Shown: in pieces, positions 47,001 to 54,588 of the stretch | Numbering within the stretch: position 1 is the stretch's first letter | Layout of the letters: each line of letters starts with the position of its first letter | IMG/VR virus record: IMGVR_UViG_3300042465_001781 | Coordinates: 1-61,730 of that record | Source: a virus | Lineage: Duplodnaviria > Caudoviricetes | Direction: 5' to 3' (one strand) | Length of the DNA: 61,730 bases | The notes under the pieces: model-generated | The model's input: the letters and a program-made list of their open reading frames with translations, nothing else | The model's database searches: none | What the model was told of the DNA's origin: nothing | Translations under genes and position numbers: made by a program

Positions 47001-47029
47001 AGAAACTGGAACGCGAAGTCAGCAAATAA
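41063..47029 (+). CDS. Giant (1988 aa) internal virion/ejection protein with HExxH motif
   Basis: Last late gene; LHELLH and KKGRGRP motifs. Confidence 0.78.
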   Translation: MANNWWEEAPLAEQKSDEWWQAAPLAKAAEKEERPEDQSILRSVADIPLKGVSGAVTGVRLIADAFGAGNEVSNTLKGAEDWVGALYSAQSKKDSKEVARIMKDAEDKGMGEQVAAAIKAFSVAPVDLVSNALGTSAPAIIAGLGATLFGAPVLVGTGIAAGVGSTMGAGTVKGSIYDAVKEELAKTDMPPEQVEARAKLAQDYDGQNLGLILTGAALGGIGATTGFEPAAARQLAKQIATKGAKAEAVAIAAKEATEEAAKRGVIKQGAVTGAKEFAGEAAEAGQEQAAQNIALQREGFDVPTMRGVVGAATLEGMAGLGLGAVGGGREAARARKELELEKAAATIDAVNRGTTTTVRPPAAEGEAPTVETVPAGQPDPERVAQLATVFKEMKLSNPEEAAIEQATVEAVEDQEYASAQREAQGAATAVGPVVEPSGVGAGVAAQPGTEPAPGGVGVPEPTGMVSAGPDVGEPVAREAAEPAALTPLETAIAEADKIATEQFQPVEEAIAELQTPEAAPVAEEAVPEAVPVAEEVAPEAALEIAPDATTQEIAEQVEVTPEVAKTVADIEAASTAVVTPEAPKKGRGRPALTEEQRIANRAATKAAYRNKGKAAAAVSSTTDTAIEALNTALAPIDEAKIETDEQLSEAETNKRVDKVKAIKALLTLQESLPATDTARGRITAALKNSAISAKEIADVRTGMAYEKSKVSRSEKGGKADQPDEGFSKATTGTQALARVIKTGDAFQKFIAQRLRGFVKDVEFIVIEKGDPVPEQLRRNMNDWNAARGLFIEDLPAKTRRVYVRGASFGADQGVNNITVLHELLHAATNQKLSLGLAAIANKFSPDALLTRATRAFTRVMMNASDAYETMDAAGKVPDDLRALVESTLDIDENGKPYFKIFELHQEFLAYGMTEPVMQKFLMTVDATQAKGSAFNRFVRAMMEFFGVGEKDFSAMTDLVLITDKILTAQKTPTMQKLERIERGESYEQVFASAKQTRAKVDKTVEKLEKSTFADSIKSGGTIEQLVGMRNMEQFLDVLTDSKVWLKDNVMQQLLPALQTEALVRWAGKLGIGGIKETWAGINKMNAMRNKAKNAIFETAEDLNNLAAKDAKQYIALGNVMHYSTITSKDPNKVTIDRNLTELWGRLTPENKKLYNKVREFYADNHKAYHAVLEEQIEASGLPGSASDPKSPKGKLIASIKQMYEDGTKLYPYFPLMRYGQYWVRVGKGKAREFHMFESQFDRDNFVKDRVEQLNAETGNTRTKAEMMGGGDIDEGNDLSSARKNDVAASEMLKEIFNTLEAKPVTSVTDDFGNVVGSTATLNMDKLKDDIYQMYLQTLPDRNFRRQFMHRQGVAGFSGDIHRNFVATGTNMANQIARIKYGPEVMRSLETATASLEGNPDKARLGDFVSEMRLRAEEQVRPSSEDSLGFQVSNLANTTAFLWMMTSIKTVVAQFTAVPIFVAPVLASKHGTVKTAAALAKSLNVFNGVGVTKTNPDGSTSYTMPSMSQLKGLTADEKLATQYMQDFGISDTTMAFDLGNRRDVPTKLGQSKARRIAKATTNTMTALFHHSERMIREVTFMTSYRLNREKLGDIPGAHESALEAATQESHEALGNYHASNRPRGLAASKSREVLINASSPVGRSLLQFKMFPAFVTTYFIRNAYNMFKGLTPEDRKQAKVQLLGSLGMSYALAGYVGIPGISMAMGVLQGLLNARKDDDEDDPLEGRDLEFWFRNVWLPQTFGNVKVGGHTLDEFLDKGLITGLTGYDITSSMSMNNMWFPDVKEQATAQAEVIDYGVSLLGPSASLVKQAAKGVDYFSQGKILQGMEQWAPALFRAPLTAVRYSREGAQTTTGASIKDAEEFTIGQLMAQSAGFATEGLQARREAIFKIQGLMLEAKRERSDSLARLDLEITKGSDDAVEKAIDKIIKYNSKNYWDPITSDQISQSTKKRMERRLMSDRGFPIDKKYYPQVMDLLEPSSKKLEREVSK
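42608..42685 (+). repeat. Imperfect 33-bp tandem repeat (about 2.4 copies) encoding PEAxPVAEExx
   Basis: CCTGAAGCTG starts at 42608, 42641 and 42674. Confidence 0.8.
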
Positions 47030-47057
47030 AAAAGCCCCCGGTTTTTACGCCGGGGGC
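47028..47057 (-). terminator. Terminator at the convergence of the two transcription blocks
   Basis: GCCCCCGG/CCGGGGGC stem with an A-tract on its left (U-tract on the minus strand). Confidence 0.75.
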
Positions 47058-47099
47058 AATGTGGCTAGAGGACCACCAAGGAGACGGCTCCAGTCTACT

Positions 47100-47294
47100 C
47101 TAGGTGCGCCACACGCGCAATCCCTTGATACCTTCTACGATCACCACCTTGGTGATGATCTGGATTTTCAGTCGGCGACACGTAACTGCTAGGGCTTCCC
47201 TTGCCTCCCTGTGGTTGATGCAGGGGACAAAGAAAGAGTAGCCGGGCCTGAACTTGGCCCAGTTAATCCTGTACGCTACTGTCTCGATCTTCAT
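47100..47294 (-). CDS. Small hypothetical protein (…SFFVPC…GLRVWR)
   Basis: ORF track trimmed. Confidence 0.65.
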   Translation of the reverse strand: MKIETVAYRINWAKFRPGYSFFVPCINHREAREALAVTCRRLKIQIITKVVIVEGIKGLRVWRT

Positions 47295-50109
47295 TTGCAG
47301 GTGCTGCGGCTTCTTCAAGGAATCCAAAGTGCGTACTATCAAATTGCAACACGCGAACTGCTGGTGAGATTACCCTCATGCCTTTGGACATGCGCTTGTT
47401 GACGGCTTCAATAAACACCCCAGAGGTCTTGAGTTGTTGCAGCAATTCCTTGTAGTTGATCTGTGACTTGACGCAGTAGTCCTTGAATTGCTTGGCCGCG
47501 ATGAACAAGCACTTGGTGTCCGGCTCAAAGCGGATAAGTAGCTCACCTTTAGGTTCTTGCGTAGGCATAGCTACCAAAGTGCTCCGGGCATCAATCTCGC
47601 CGTTAACCACCAGCAGATTGTTAAGGTAGGCGTTAACGAATTCGCCGACGATGGCGTCTGGGTTTGACTGCGGTGGGGCAACGTCTTCACGCATCTCGCC
47701 GAGCATCTTGACCATCCACTTGTAGACTTCCTTCATGTCGTAGTTGTGCAGACCGAGGCTACGGGAGATCAAACCACCAGCGATGTTGCAAGCAGCAACG
47801 GCAGACCAGAATCGTTCACGGGAGGTGAACTGCACTTCCTTATCAATACGCGCCTGAACTTGGCGGATGAGGTCTTTGACTTCCTCAAGGTTGTCCACCA
47901 GATACTTGGCGTAGATTTCTCCGGCAAAGCCGTAGTTGTTCATAAGCTGGTGGTCAAACATCTGCTTGCCCTCTTCGACGCTGATGATCGTAGTCGGCGC
48001 AATCTTGTACTCCAGCAGACGCATGGACTCACCATCTGGGGAATTCTTAGCCGAGCCAAGTTTCTCGTAGAAGCTAGCGTTAGCGGATGCCAGCGTTATG
48101 CCCTGCCAGCTTGTGTGATTGACGCGCTCTTCGTTGGTCTGGGACTTCATGCGGTTCTTGCCGCGACCCTGAGAAATGCTGTATGCCAGATCAGAGAACT
48201 CCATCGGGCTGGTGTTTGTAATCTCGTCGATGGTGTTGGGCAGGTTGTTCATCACGCCGAGCCGGTGCATCTTCACGTTGTATGTGTCTTTCCACATACA
48301 GGCAAGCTCCTTGGAGTGCCCCCAGATACTGTTGCACATGTAGAGTGCTGTTGACTTGCCTGAGCCTGATGACTTGTGAATGACGTTGATGATCGCGCCG
48401 CTCATGCCCGTGAACTTGAGCAGTGGAGAGCCGAACCCTGTGAGTGCAGCAAACGCATGTGGCTCAAGACCCGGCCTAGCGTACATGTTGAACACTTCTT
48501 TCCACGCTTCAAACGAGCCAGTCGGCGTCATCTTGTCGGCAACGGTCTTGGTCGTGTTCGATGGCGGGCTGTAGAACGTGCCGTCCTTTGTGACTTCCCT
48601 GTCGCCAATGATGAACTTACTGTCGTTGTCCACCCATCCAAATTGTGTTCTCATAACTTCCGCTTTCTTTACGTATTGGAGTGATTTCATAAAAGTAATA
48701 ATGAAATACATTAGGTTCTCTAGCTGCTTAGGGTGCGCTGCCACACCTTGATGCGCCAATGCTTCCCTGAGTTTTTCCTTGACTGCAATGGACGCCAGTG
48801 GGATAACAAACTCTTTGACGCCATCCATCGGCAGGTGCAGCCGAAACAACGCAGTCTCACCAAGCTCTGGGTCTTTCATGCGCTTGACCACGTACAGGTC
48901 ATGCTCGTACACCATCTCTGGTTCGTCTTCTTCGTCTTGGGCTTTCTTCCAAATGCCGCCGTTAGTTGGTCTGATGAAAGGAAATGGGTACTCAGGGATG
49001 TAGTGCGTTACTCCAGTGTCCGCATCCGGCAGTACGTACTCACCATCTTCTACTTCAGACTCAGCCAACTCCATGCCGAGCACGATGGGGGATTTGATCT
49101 TGCCTTTGTGCTTGCAGTTGTCGCAGCCGGTCTTGTTCTGTTTCTCAAACGTAGCGCAGTGGTGTGGGCCACCGCCGCTAATCAGGTTCTTGATCTTTTC
49201 ATCTACTTCAGCAGGGTTATAGCCGGGGTGTTGGTCCGACATCATGTGCGCTGCTTTATCAACGTCAACGCAGAACGCAGCAATCGAAAGGGCTGAACGC
49301 CACAACGGTTCTTCTATTGAGGCTTGGTTCTGGAATGCTTCAAGCAGTTGGTTACAGCCATCGCCGTTCGCCGACCGCATCATAATTGTCTTGAACCGTT
49401 TGACCCTGCTGCCCATCATTGCTTCCATCATCGGGCTGACGGAGCGTGGCAGGAAATCTGGTCGGTCTGGTTTTGCGTCGGTTGCGCCAAGCAACTCTTT
49501 GACATACGCATAAGTCATGCGCACAGTCTCTGCACTGATTACAGTGACTTCTTTCTGCGCATCATATTTAAAATTGAACGTACCGGGGACACGAAGGATT
49601 CGGGATGCTTCAAAAACAGATGAGTCTACGATCAGACCGTTTTCACTGCACAACTCACACAAGCGTTCAGACAAGGGCTCCCACTCTGCGCGGGTCAGTG
49701 TCTCTTCAAGCAGCCAGTAGGCATGTACTCCGTAGCCGGAGTTAACGAGGATTGGTTTGGGCAAGCCGACTGTGGTGCAAAACTTCTCAAGCTCGTCAAG
49801 ACCAGTCTGCTGGTCCAGATATCCCTTGACCACACCTTTGTCGTCTGGCACACCCTTGGTAGCGCCGCAATCAATGTCCACCCATAGGGCGCGTATATGC
49901 GTGACGTTATCGTGGTTTCGCTTGTTCAGTGGGCCGTACTTGGCGCACCCGAAGTAGGCATCAATTCCGTTGGCTACATGCTCTGCAAATACTTCCGCTG
50001 CTTCTTCTCTCGTGTCTACAAATCTTTGGTCCGGATAACGCCCAATGCCCATCACGCAGTACCGACCTTCTACTGGCAGTACCGCGTCAAGCAAATCAAA
50101 ATTGGACAT
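47263..50109 (-). CDS. DNA primase-helicase (RepB/AEP-like primase, Cys cluster, DUF927-like helicase)
   Basis: WVDID, SGYGVHAYW, RILRVPGT, C..C, SGSGKST Walker A, TIDE Walker B. Confidence 0.88.
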   Translation of the reverse strand: MSNFDLLDAVLPVEGRYCVMGIGRYPDQRFVDTREEAAEVFAEHVANGIDAYFGCAKYGPLNKRNHDNVTHIRALWVDIDCGATKGVPDDKGVVKGYLDQQTGLDELEKFCTTVGLPKPILVNSGYGVHAYWLLEETLTRAEWEPLSERLCELCSENGLIVDSSVFEASRILRVPGTFNFKYDAQKEVTVISAETVRMTYAYVKELLGATDAKPDRPDFLPRSVSPMMEAMMGSRVKRFKTIMMRSANGDGCNQLLEAFQNQASIEEPLWRSALSIAAFCVDVDKAAHMMSDQHPGYNPAEVDEKIKNLISGGGPHHCATFEKQNKTGCDNCKHKGKIKSPIVLGMELAESEVEDGEYVLPDADTGVTHYIPEYPFPFIRPTNGGIWKKAQDEEDEPEMVYEHDLYVVKRMKDPELGETALFRLHLPMDGVKEFVIPLASIAVKEKLREALAHQGVAAHPKQLENLMYFIITFMKSLQYVKKAEVMRTQFGWVDNDSKFIIGDREVTKDGTFYSPPSNTTKTVADKMTPTGSFEAWKEVFNMYARPGLEPHAFAALTGFGSPLLKFTGMSGAIINVIHKSSGSGKSTALYMCNSIWGHSKELACMWKDTYNVKMHRLGVMNNLPNTIDEITNTSPMEFSDLAYSISQGRGKNRMKSQTNEERVNHTSWQGITLASANASFYEKLGSAKNSPDGESMRLLEYKIAPTTIISVEEGKQMFDHQLMNNYGFAGEIYAKYLVDNLEEVKDLIRQVQARIDKEVQFTSRERFWSAVAACNIAGGLISRSLGLHNYDMKEVYKWMVKMLGEMREDVAPPQSNPDAIVGEFVNAYLNNLLVVNGEIDARSTLVAMPTQEPKGELLIRFEPDTKCLFIAAKQFKDYCVKSQINYKELLQQLKTSGVFIEAVNKRMSKGMRVISPAVRVLQFDSTHFGFLEEAAAPANEDRDSSVQD

Positions 50110-50165
50110 AGGGTTTCTTTAGGAAATAGCTACGCAGGGGGCCGAAGCCCCCCTTGTGGCACGGA

Positions 50166-50405
50166 TTATTGGGTCTTCTTCAGGCGGGGGAGCATCCGCT
50201 CAATCGCTATTGCATGTGCTTGGCTCGGGGTTGTTGCACCCCAGAACCAGTTGTATATCGTCGCTCGGCTCACGTTGAACCTCGCAGCAATTACATTCAC
50301 AGGAATATCGAGCGCGATGCACTTACGCCCAAGGAGTACACCCCACGATTGCTCATCGGCTTCTTTGTTAGCTTCGACCAATCGTTGGCTGTATCCGTAG
50401 CTCAT
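50166..50405 (-). CDS. Helix-turn-helix DNA-binding protein
   Basis: IAARFNVSRATIYNWFWG. Confidence 0.8.
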   Translation of the reverse strand: MSYGYSQRLVEANKEADEQSWGVLLGRKCIALDIPVNVIAARFNVSRATIYNWFWGATTPSQAHAIAIERMLPRLKKTQ

Positions 50406-50408
50406 TGC

Positions 50409-51299
50409 TTAGTCCTCCTTCGACCAAGCGTCAATAACCGAACCCAAGTCCTTCTTGGTCACAGCCGTAGGCTCAGCCTTTTTGCTTTCGCGCTTTGTGG
50501 GCTCGGCAACTTCCTCGGCCTCAACTTTAGGAGCAGCAGCTTTCGGGGCAGGGATATCCAATGCAGCACGACCAGACATATCTGCTTGGTACGGAGTCAT
50601 GGTGACCATCTTCTGCACTTCAGGCTTCTGTGCAACTACGCTGGTAACCGAGTACTCAGCCTTGTTGATGAAGCGAGTCGGCGTGAACAGCACGGACTGG
50701 TTGTCGTTGTTTTCGTTGAAGCTCAGTTGAGTCACAACGTAGTCCAAGCTCTTGCCGTTGTTGGCGAGGTACTTGGTGTAGCTCTCAAAGGGGTGCGTGT
50801 TACCGATGCTGTCACCGAACAACGACTTGGATGCCAAGTTCATTTGGTAGATTTCACCTTCGAGTGATGTACCAAAGTCTTCGACCAGAGTCATAGCGAT
50901 GCGGCGTGAGTAACGGCAAGCCTTAGAACTGCCTTGGCCCGAACCCTTGATGTTCTGAGCGCAGGTATCGCAGCGTGTAGACTGCGGAGCAGTAGAGCCA
51001 GCGTCAGGAGCATTGCCATCGTTGGAGAAGCAGTCCGGTGCAGTCGGCTCGGCATCAGGTGTCCACTGCTTAGCGTAGAAGATACGGCCAACTTTGGGGG
51101 AGGCGTTAACGATCACTACATCCATAGTGCCTTTGACCTTACCCATTTCTTCGCCGCCGACTGTCTTGCGGAAAATGCCGTTCTTGGGCACGATACGCTT
51201 AACGCCAGTACGACCAGCAAGTGCTTTGGTGAGGTCAGAAACACCTGCGGTTTGCAGGAAGTCGGGGAGGTCTTGATTCAAAATTGTGAGGTTGCTCAT
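50409..51299 (-). CDS. Putative single-stranded DNA-binding protein
   Basis: PDCFS.DG...C..C...GS...KACR pattern; low-complexity tail ending WSKED; replication context. Confidence 0.6.
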   Translation of the reverse strand: MSNLTILNQDLPDFLQTAGVSDLTKALAGRTGVKRIVPKNGIFRKTVGGEEMGKVKGTMDVVIVNASPKVGRIFYAKQWTPDAEPTAPDCFSNDGNAPDAGSTAPQSTRCDTCAQNIKGSGQGSSKACRYSRRIAMTLVEDFGTSLEGEIYQMNLASKSLFGDSIGNTHPFESYTKYLANNGKSLDYVVTQLSFNENNDNQSVLFTPTRFINKAEYSVTSVVAQKPEVQKMVTMTPYQADMSGRAALDIPAPKAAAPKVEAEEVAEPTKRESKKAEPTAVTKKDLGSVIDAWSKED

Positions 51300-51301
51300 T
51301 T

Positions 51302-51718
51302 TCATTTGTCCTTAGAACGTCTAACAGAAACGGTGTACTCGCTTTCGACATTCAAGCCCATAGGCAGAACGTCTGGATTCTCGTAGAGGAAGTCCTTCAT
51401 GTTTGTTTGATGAAGTCGTTTCTCCAACAGGCCAAATGCACCATGCTTCTCGATGAAGTCGTACATTGAATCCCAATCGCTCGTCCAGTACCGTGACTTA
51501 ACTGTACGAATGATTGTGCCGTGTGGTGTTCGGATGCTGTCAGCACCCATCTCTTTGCAGGTGTCCAGCATCTGCGTTGCAAGCACTGTTAGCTGGTCCT
51601 CAAGCTCTTTGTCTTGCTCTTCAAAAGCCCGCTTCTTGTCGGCCCTAGCGTCTCTGATCTTGATGTAGATCGAGGTTAGCTGGTCCAAGTCTACAGGGGC
51701 TGTAGTCTCGTCATTCAT
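51302..51718 (-). CDS. Conserved phage replication-module protein
   Basis: SIRT.HGT...DWD..Y.FI...LLEKR; AGGAG RBS. Confidence 0.75.
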   Translation of the reverse strand: MNDETTAPVDLDQLTSIYIKIRDARADKKRAFEEQDKELEDQLTVLATQMLDTCKEMGADSIRTPHGTIIRTVKSRYWTSDWDSMYDFIEKHGAFGLLEKRLHQTNMKDFLYENPDVLPMGLNVESEYTVSVRRSKDK

Positions 51719-51746
51719 CTAATGCTCCTAACAATTGTTAATGGGT

Positions 51747-51838
51747 GTGAGCGGATGTTGGTCACATAAAGCAGTGTTTGCTTCAACCATGAAAGGAAAC
51801 CTACAACGGCGCTAACCCGTTACCCAACATCCACTCAC
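51747..51838 (-). ncRNA. Candidate multi-branched structured leader RNA
   Basis: 15-bp closing stem (one G-U on the minus strand) plus two internal hairpins. Confidence 0.55.
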
Positions 51839-51845
51839 GAAAACA

Positions 51846-51873
51846 AGTCTACCACAGCTTTGTACATTGTCAA
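51846..51873 (-). promoter_or_regulatory. Sigma70-type promoter TTGACA-16-TAGACT with extended TGn
   Basis: Perfect -35; predicted +1 near 51839. Confidence 0.6.
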
Positions 51874-53255
51874 GGGGTGTCGTCAAGAATTTGACGATAA
51901 AGATCAATTATTTTTTGGTGGCTGTTCACGTTGCCGCGCAGCATGGAGTACATCTTGCGTTCAGCCGAGCTACCCATGATGTGGTGGATGGTCATTGGGT
52001 TGACCTGTCCGGGCCTGTCGATACGTGCGTTTGCTTGCAGATATGTCTCAACGCTAGAGCAGGGAGCGTACCAGATGATCGTGTCGGCGGCAGTTAGGGT
52101 AAGCCCGTGTGATGCAGCTTGGGGCTGGATGATGAGCACCTTGATCTTGTCAGTCTCTTGAAAGTCTTTGACGATATCACTGCGGCGGTTCACTGGCACT
52201 GCGCCGTTTATGACTTCGCAGGGAATCTTGCTTTTCTCCAAGTGCCGCTTGAGCAACTCAATCGTGTGCGTGAAGGGTACGAACACCAGCACCTTGTGGC
52301 TGCACTCGTCAATGATTTCCTGCACCACGTTGAGCCGGTTGGATACATCGAACTCCAGCACTTCGCCTTGGTCTGTGTACACAGCGCCGCCTGATATCTG
52401 GAGCAGCTTGTTAGTCTTGGCAGCGGCATTGACCGCAGAGACTTCTTCACCCGCAGCCTCAATCAGCAACTCTTTGACCAGCATAATGTAATACGCTTTT
52501 TGTTGCGGTGTCAGCGGTGCATCTCGGTCGGCGAACGTAACCGGAGGCAAGTCCAAGCACTGCGCCTTCTCAAACCGAATCGCTGGCTGCAATGCCTTGT
52601 GCACCGTTTGGTTCGCTGTAGGCTTTGGAGCCCACTTGAACGTGGTGATCTTATTCATCACCGAGTCGCGGTACTGACCAAAGAAGTGCGGCACTCCCTT
52701 GGGATTGACCAGCTTGGCTAGCCCATACGCATCTACAGGGGACTGTGCGGCAGGTGTACCCGTCAGCATCCACAGACCTTTTACCGTCTTGTTTATGTCG
52801 CGTAGTACTTTCCAGCGTTCTGTTTGTGCGTTCTTATACGCAGAGGCTTCATCTACAACGATGAGGTCAAAGCCACCGTCGATGATTTCTTTCTTCACGA
52901 TAGCTACGCCATCAAAGTTGATGACCACGAACTCAGTGCCCCCGGCAATAATCTCTTTGCGCTTACGTGCGCTGCCATAAGCTACATCAACTGTGCGGTG
53001 TATGGCGAACTTGAACAAGTCCTGCTGCCATGCTGACTTCATAATCGACAGTGGGCAGATGACCAGCACTCGCTTCACTACGCCAAGATTCATCAAGTGA
53101 TCGACCGCCCAGATAACCGACGCTGTTTTACCCGTGCCTTGCTCGTTGAAGCAAAAGGCTTTGGGGTTGCTGATTAGAAATTCAGCGGTTACTTTCTGGT
53201 GATCGAACGGTGTGAACCCATGTGGCCGAGGCCACGTATACGTATCAAGGCTCAT
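51870..53255 (-). CDS. SNF2-family helicase
   Basis: QGTGKT, VVDEA, LTGTP, HGLTL, QANARIDRPGQ. Confidence 0.92.
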   Translation of the reverse strand: MSLDTYTWPRPHGFTPFDHQKVTAEFLISNPKAFCFNEQGTGKTASVIWAVDHLMNLGVVKRVLVICPLSIMKSAWQQDLFKFAIHRTVDVAYGSARKRKEIIAGGTEFVVINFDGVAIVKKEIIDGGFDLIVVDEASAYKNAQTERWKVLRDINKTVKGLWMLTGTPAAQSPVDAYGLAKLVNPKGVPHFFGQYRDSVMNKITTFKWAPKPTANQTVHKALQPAIRFEKAQCLDLPPVTFADRDAPLTPQQKAYYIMLVKELLIEAAGEEVSAVNAAAKTNKLLQISGGAVYTDQGEVLEFDVSNRLNVVQEIIDECSHKVLVFVPFTHTIELLKRHLEKSKIPCEVINGAVPVNRRSDIVKDFQETDKIKVLIIQPQAASHGLTLTAADTIIWYAPCSSVETYLQANARIDRPGQVNPMTIHHIMGSSAERKMYSMLRGNVNSHQKIIDLYRQILDDTP

Positions 53256-53436
53256 TTTCTCTCTTTGGTTTTAATCTAACGCACATCGTATTTTTGTTAA
53301 TCTCCACCTTCCCCGCTTCTAAAAGTCGCGTATGGATGGGGTCAACTTCTTGTTCTCCGGTGGGGCCATACATAAGGTCATACCAAGGCACCCAGCCTCT
53401 ACCGTACTTCAATAGCCAAATCTGCTCGTCCGTCAT
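53245..53436 (-). CDS. Hypothetical protein
   Basis: ORF track. Confidence 0.6.
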   Translation of the reverse strand: MTDEQIWLLKYGRGWVPWYDLMYGPTGEQEVDPIHTRLLEAGKVEINKNTMCVRLKPKRENEP

Positions 53437-53747
53437 TTCTTTTTACGTTCTTTCGTGCTGGTCTCCGTAACCAGCTTGTGTTGGGAGTCGCGCTTGAACG
53501 AACGGTTCTTAGCTACAGCTTCAACACGCACGCCATCTTTGTTAGTGCCACCCTTGGACAGCGCCTTAACGTGGGCAATATCTTTACCTGCTCTGGAATC
53601 GGCAGTGCCGTCCTTGTTCTTGTCTGGGTGCTTCTTGTCGTACTCTTCGCGGGCACGCTGGCGCTCCATGCGGTCGGGCAGTTCGCCTCGGGCAACTTGC
53701 TGGGCGTACTCTTTTTTGTAGGGGCGGGGTTTGTTTACGTAGGGCAT
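53433..53747 (-). CDS. HNH-like endonuclease
   Basis: DIAHVKALSKGGTN...KNRS. Confidence 0.7.
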   Translation of the reverse strand: MPYVNKPRPYKKEYAQQVARGELPDRMERQRAREEYDKKHPDKNKDGTADSRAGKDIAHVKALSKGGTNKDGVRVEAVAKNRSFKRDSQHKLVTETSTKERKKK

Positions 53748-53749
53748 GG

Positions 53750-54421
53750 TTAGCTCCGGTTGTGTTCACAGGTTTTGATCGAGCAGAATCTGCACAGTGG
53801 GCCGCTGATTGGGTTCCACACGCCGTTCTCTCGGGCTGCTTCGATACGCGCAACATCAAGTGCTGGCTTCTCAAGGTACTTCTCTTTCATCTCAGCGTGG
53901 TGCTTGGCCTTGATGAACTCTTTGCTCACCACAAACAGCAGTGCCGACTTGATCGTTTTGATCTTAGGGTACTTGGCAAAGATAGCCGCAGCCACCAAGT
54001 CCAACTGCTTCACGTCTGCGTAACGGGCATTCTTGCTAGTCTTGTAGTCAACAGAGTGTGCGATGCCGTTCTCTTCGTCGAGCACAACCAAGTCGGCGAT
54101 ACCGTGCCACCAAACATCGTCGGCGTGAAACTCACAGGGCTGCAAGTCTTTGGTCAGGCCCAACATTACTTCGCACAACTTCTCGCCGGGGATAGCGTTG
54201 AGTTGGTCGAGCATGTCCTTCATGTACTCAAACTGCGGCGGTACGGGAACCCCATCACGGATGTACTCTTCTGCTACCGTATGCGCAGACTTGCCGTAGA
54301 GCGTGGCTACAGTGTCTGGCTCCCGCACGTCCTTGAGAATCTTCGTGTGGTAGTACTTCCTCGGGCACTGCTGAAATGTCTTCAGGCTACTGAATGACCA
54401 GACGATTGGCTGCGTACTCAC
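53750..54421 (-). CDS. PD-(D/E)XK exonuclease, Cas4/RecB-like
   Basis: SFSSL...CPRKY, GIADL, VDYKT, CRFC...C (four Cys). Confidence 0.88.
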   Translation of the reverse strand: MSTQPIVWSFSSLKTFQQCPRKYYHTKILKDVREPDTVATLYGKSAHTVAEEYIRDGVPVPPQFEYMKDMLDQLNAIPGEKLCEVMLGLTKDLQPCEFHADDVWWHGIADLVVLDEENGIAHSVDYKTSKNARYADVKQLDLVAAAIFAKYPKIKTIKSALLFVVSKEFIKAKHHAEMKEKYLEKPALDVARIEAARENGVWNPISGPLCRFCSIKTCEHNRS

Positions 54422-54588
54422 TTCGCCCGCTCCTGCATGTCCTTGATGGAGTTAATCATCAGCTTCGTCTCGGCCAAGGCAGCGAACCCTTGCTCAATGG
54501 CCTCTTCGTAATCCCTCTTCAGCATCGCATCGTGCGCTGCTTTCAAAGCCATCTCAGCCAACATGCAAGGCCGTGCGTAATCAACAAT
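54418..54588 (-). CDS. Small hypothetical protein (IVDYARPCMLAE...)
   Basis: ORF track 54418..54618; exact start uncertain. Confidence 0.55.
   Translation of the reverse strand: MVDYARPCMLAEMALKAAHDAMLKRDYEEAIEQGFAALAETKLMINSIKDMQERAK

Noticed and set aside
53750-54421. Cas4-like gene as evidence of a CRISPR-Cas system
   Set aside because: Stand-alone Cas4/RecB-like exonucleases are routine in phage replication modules
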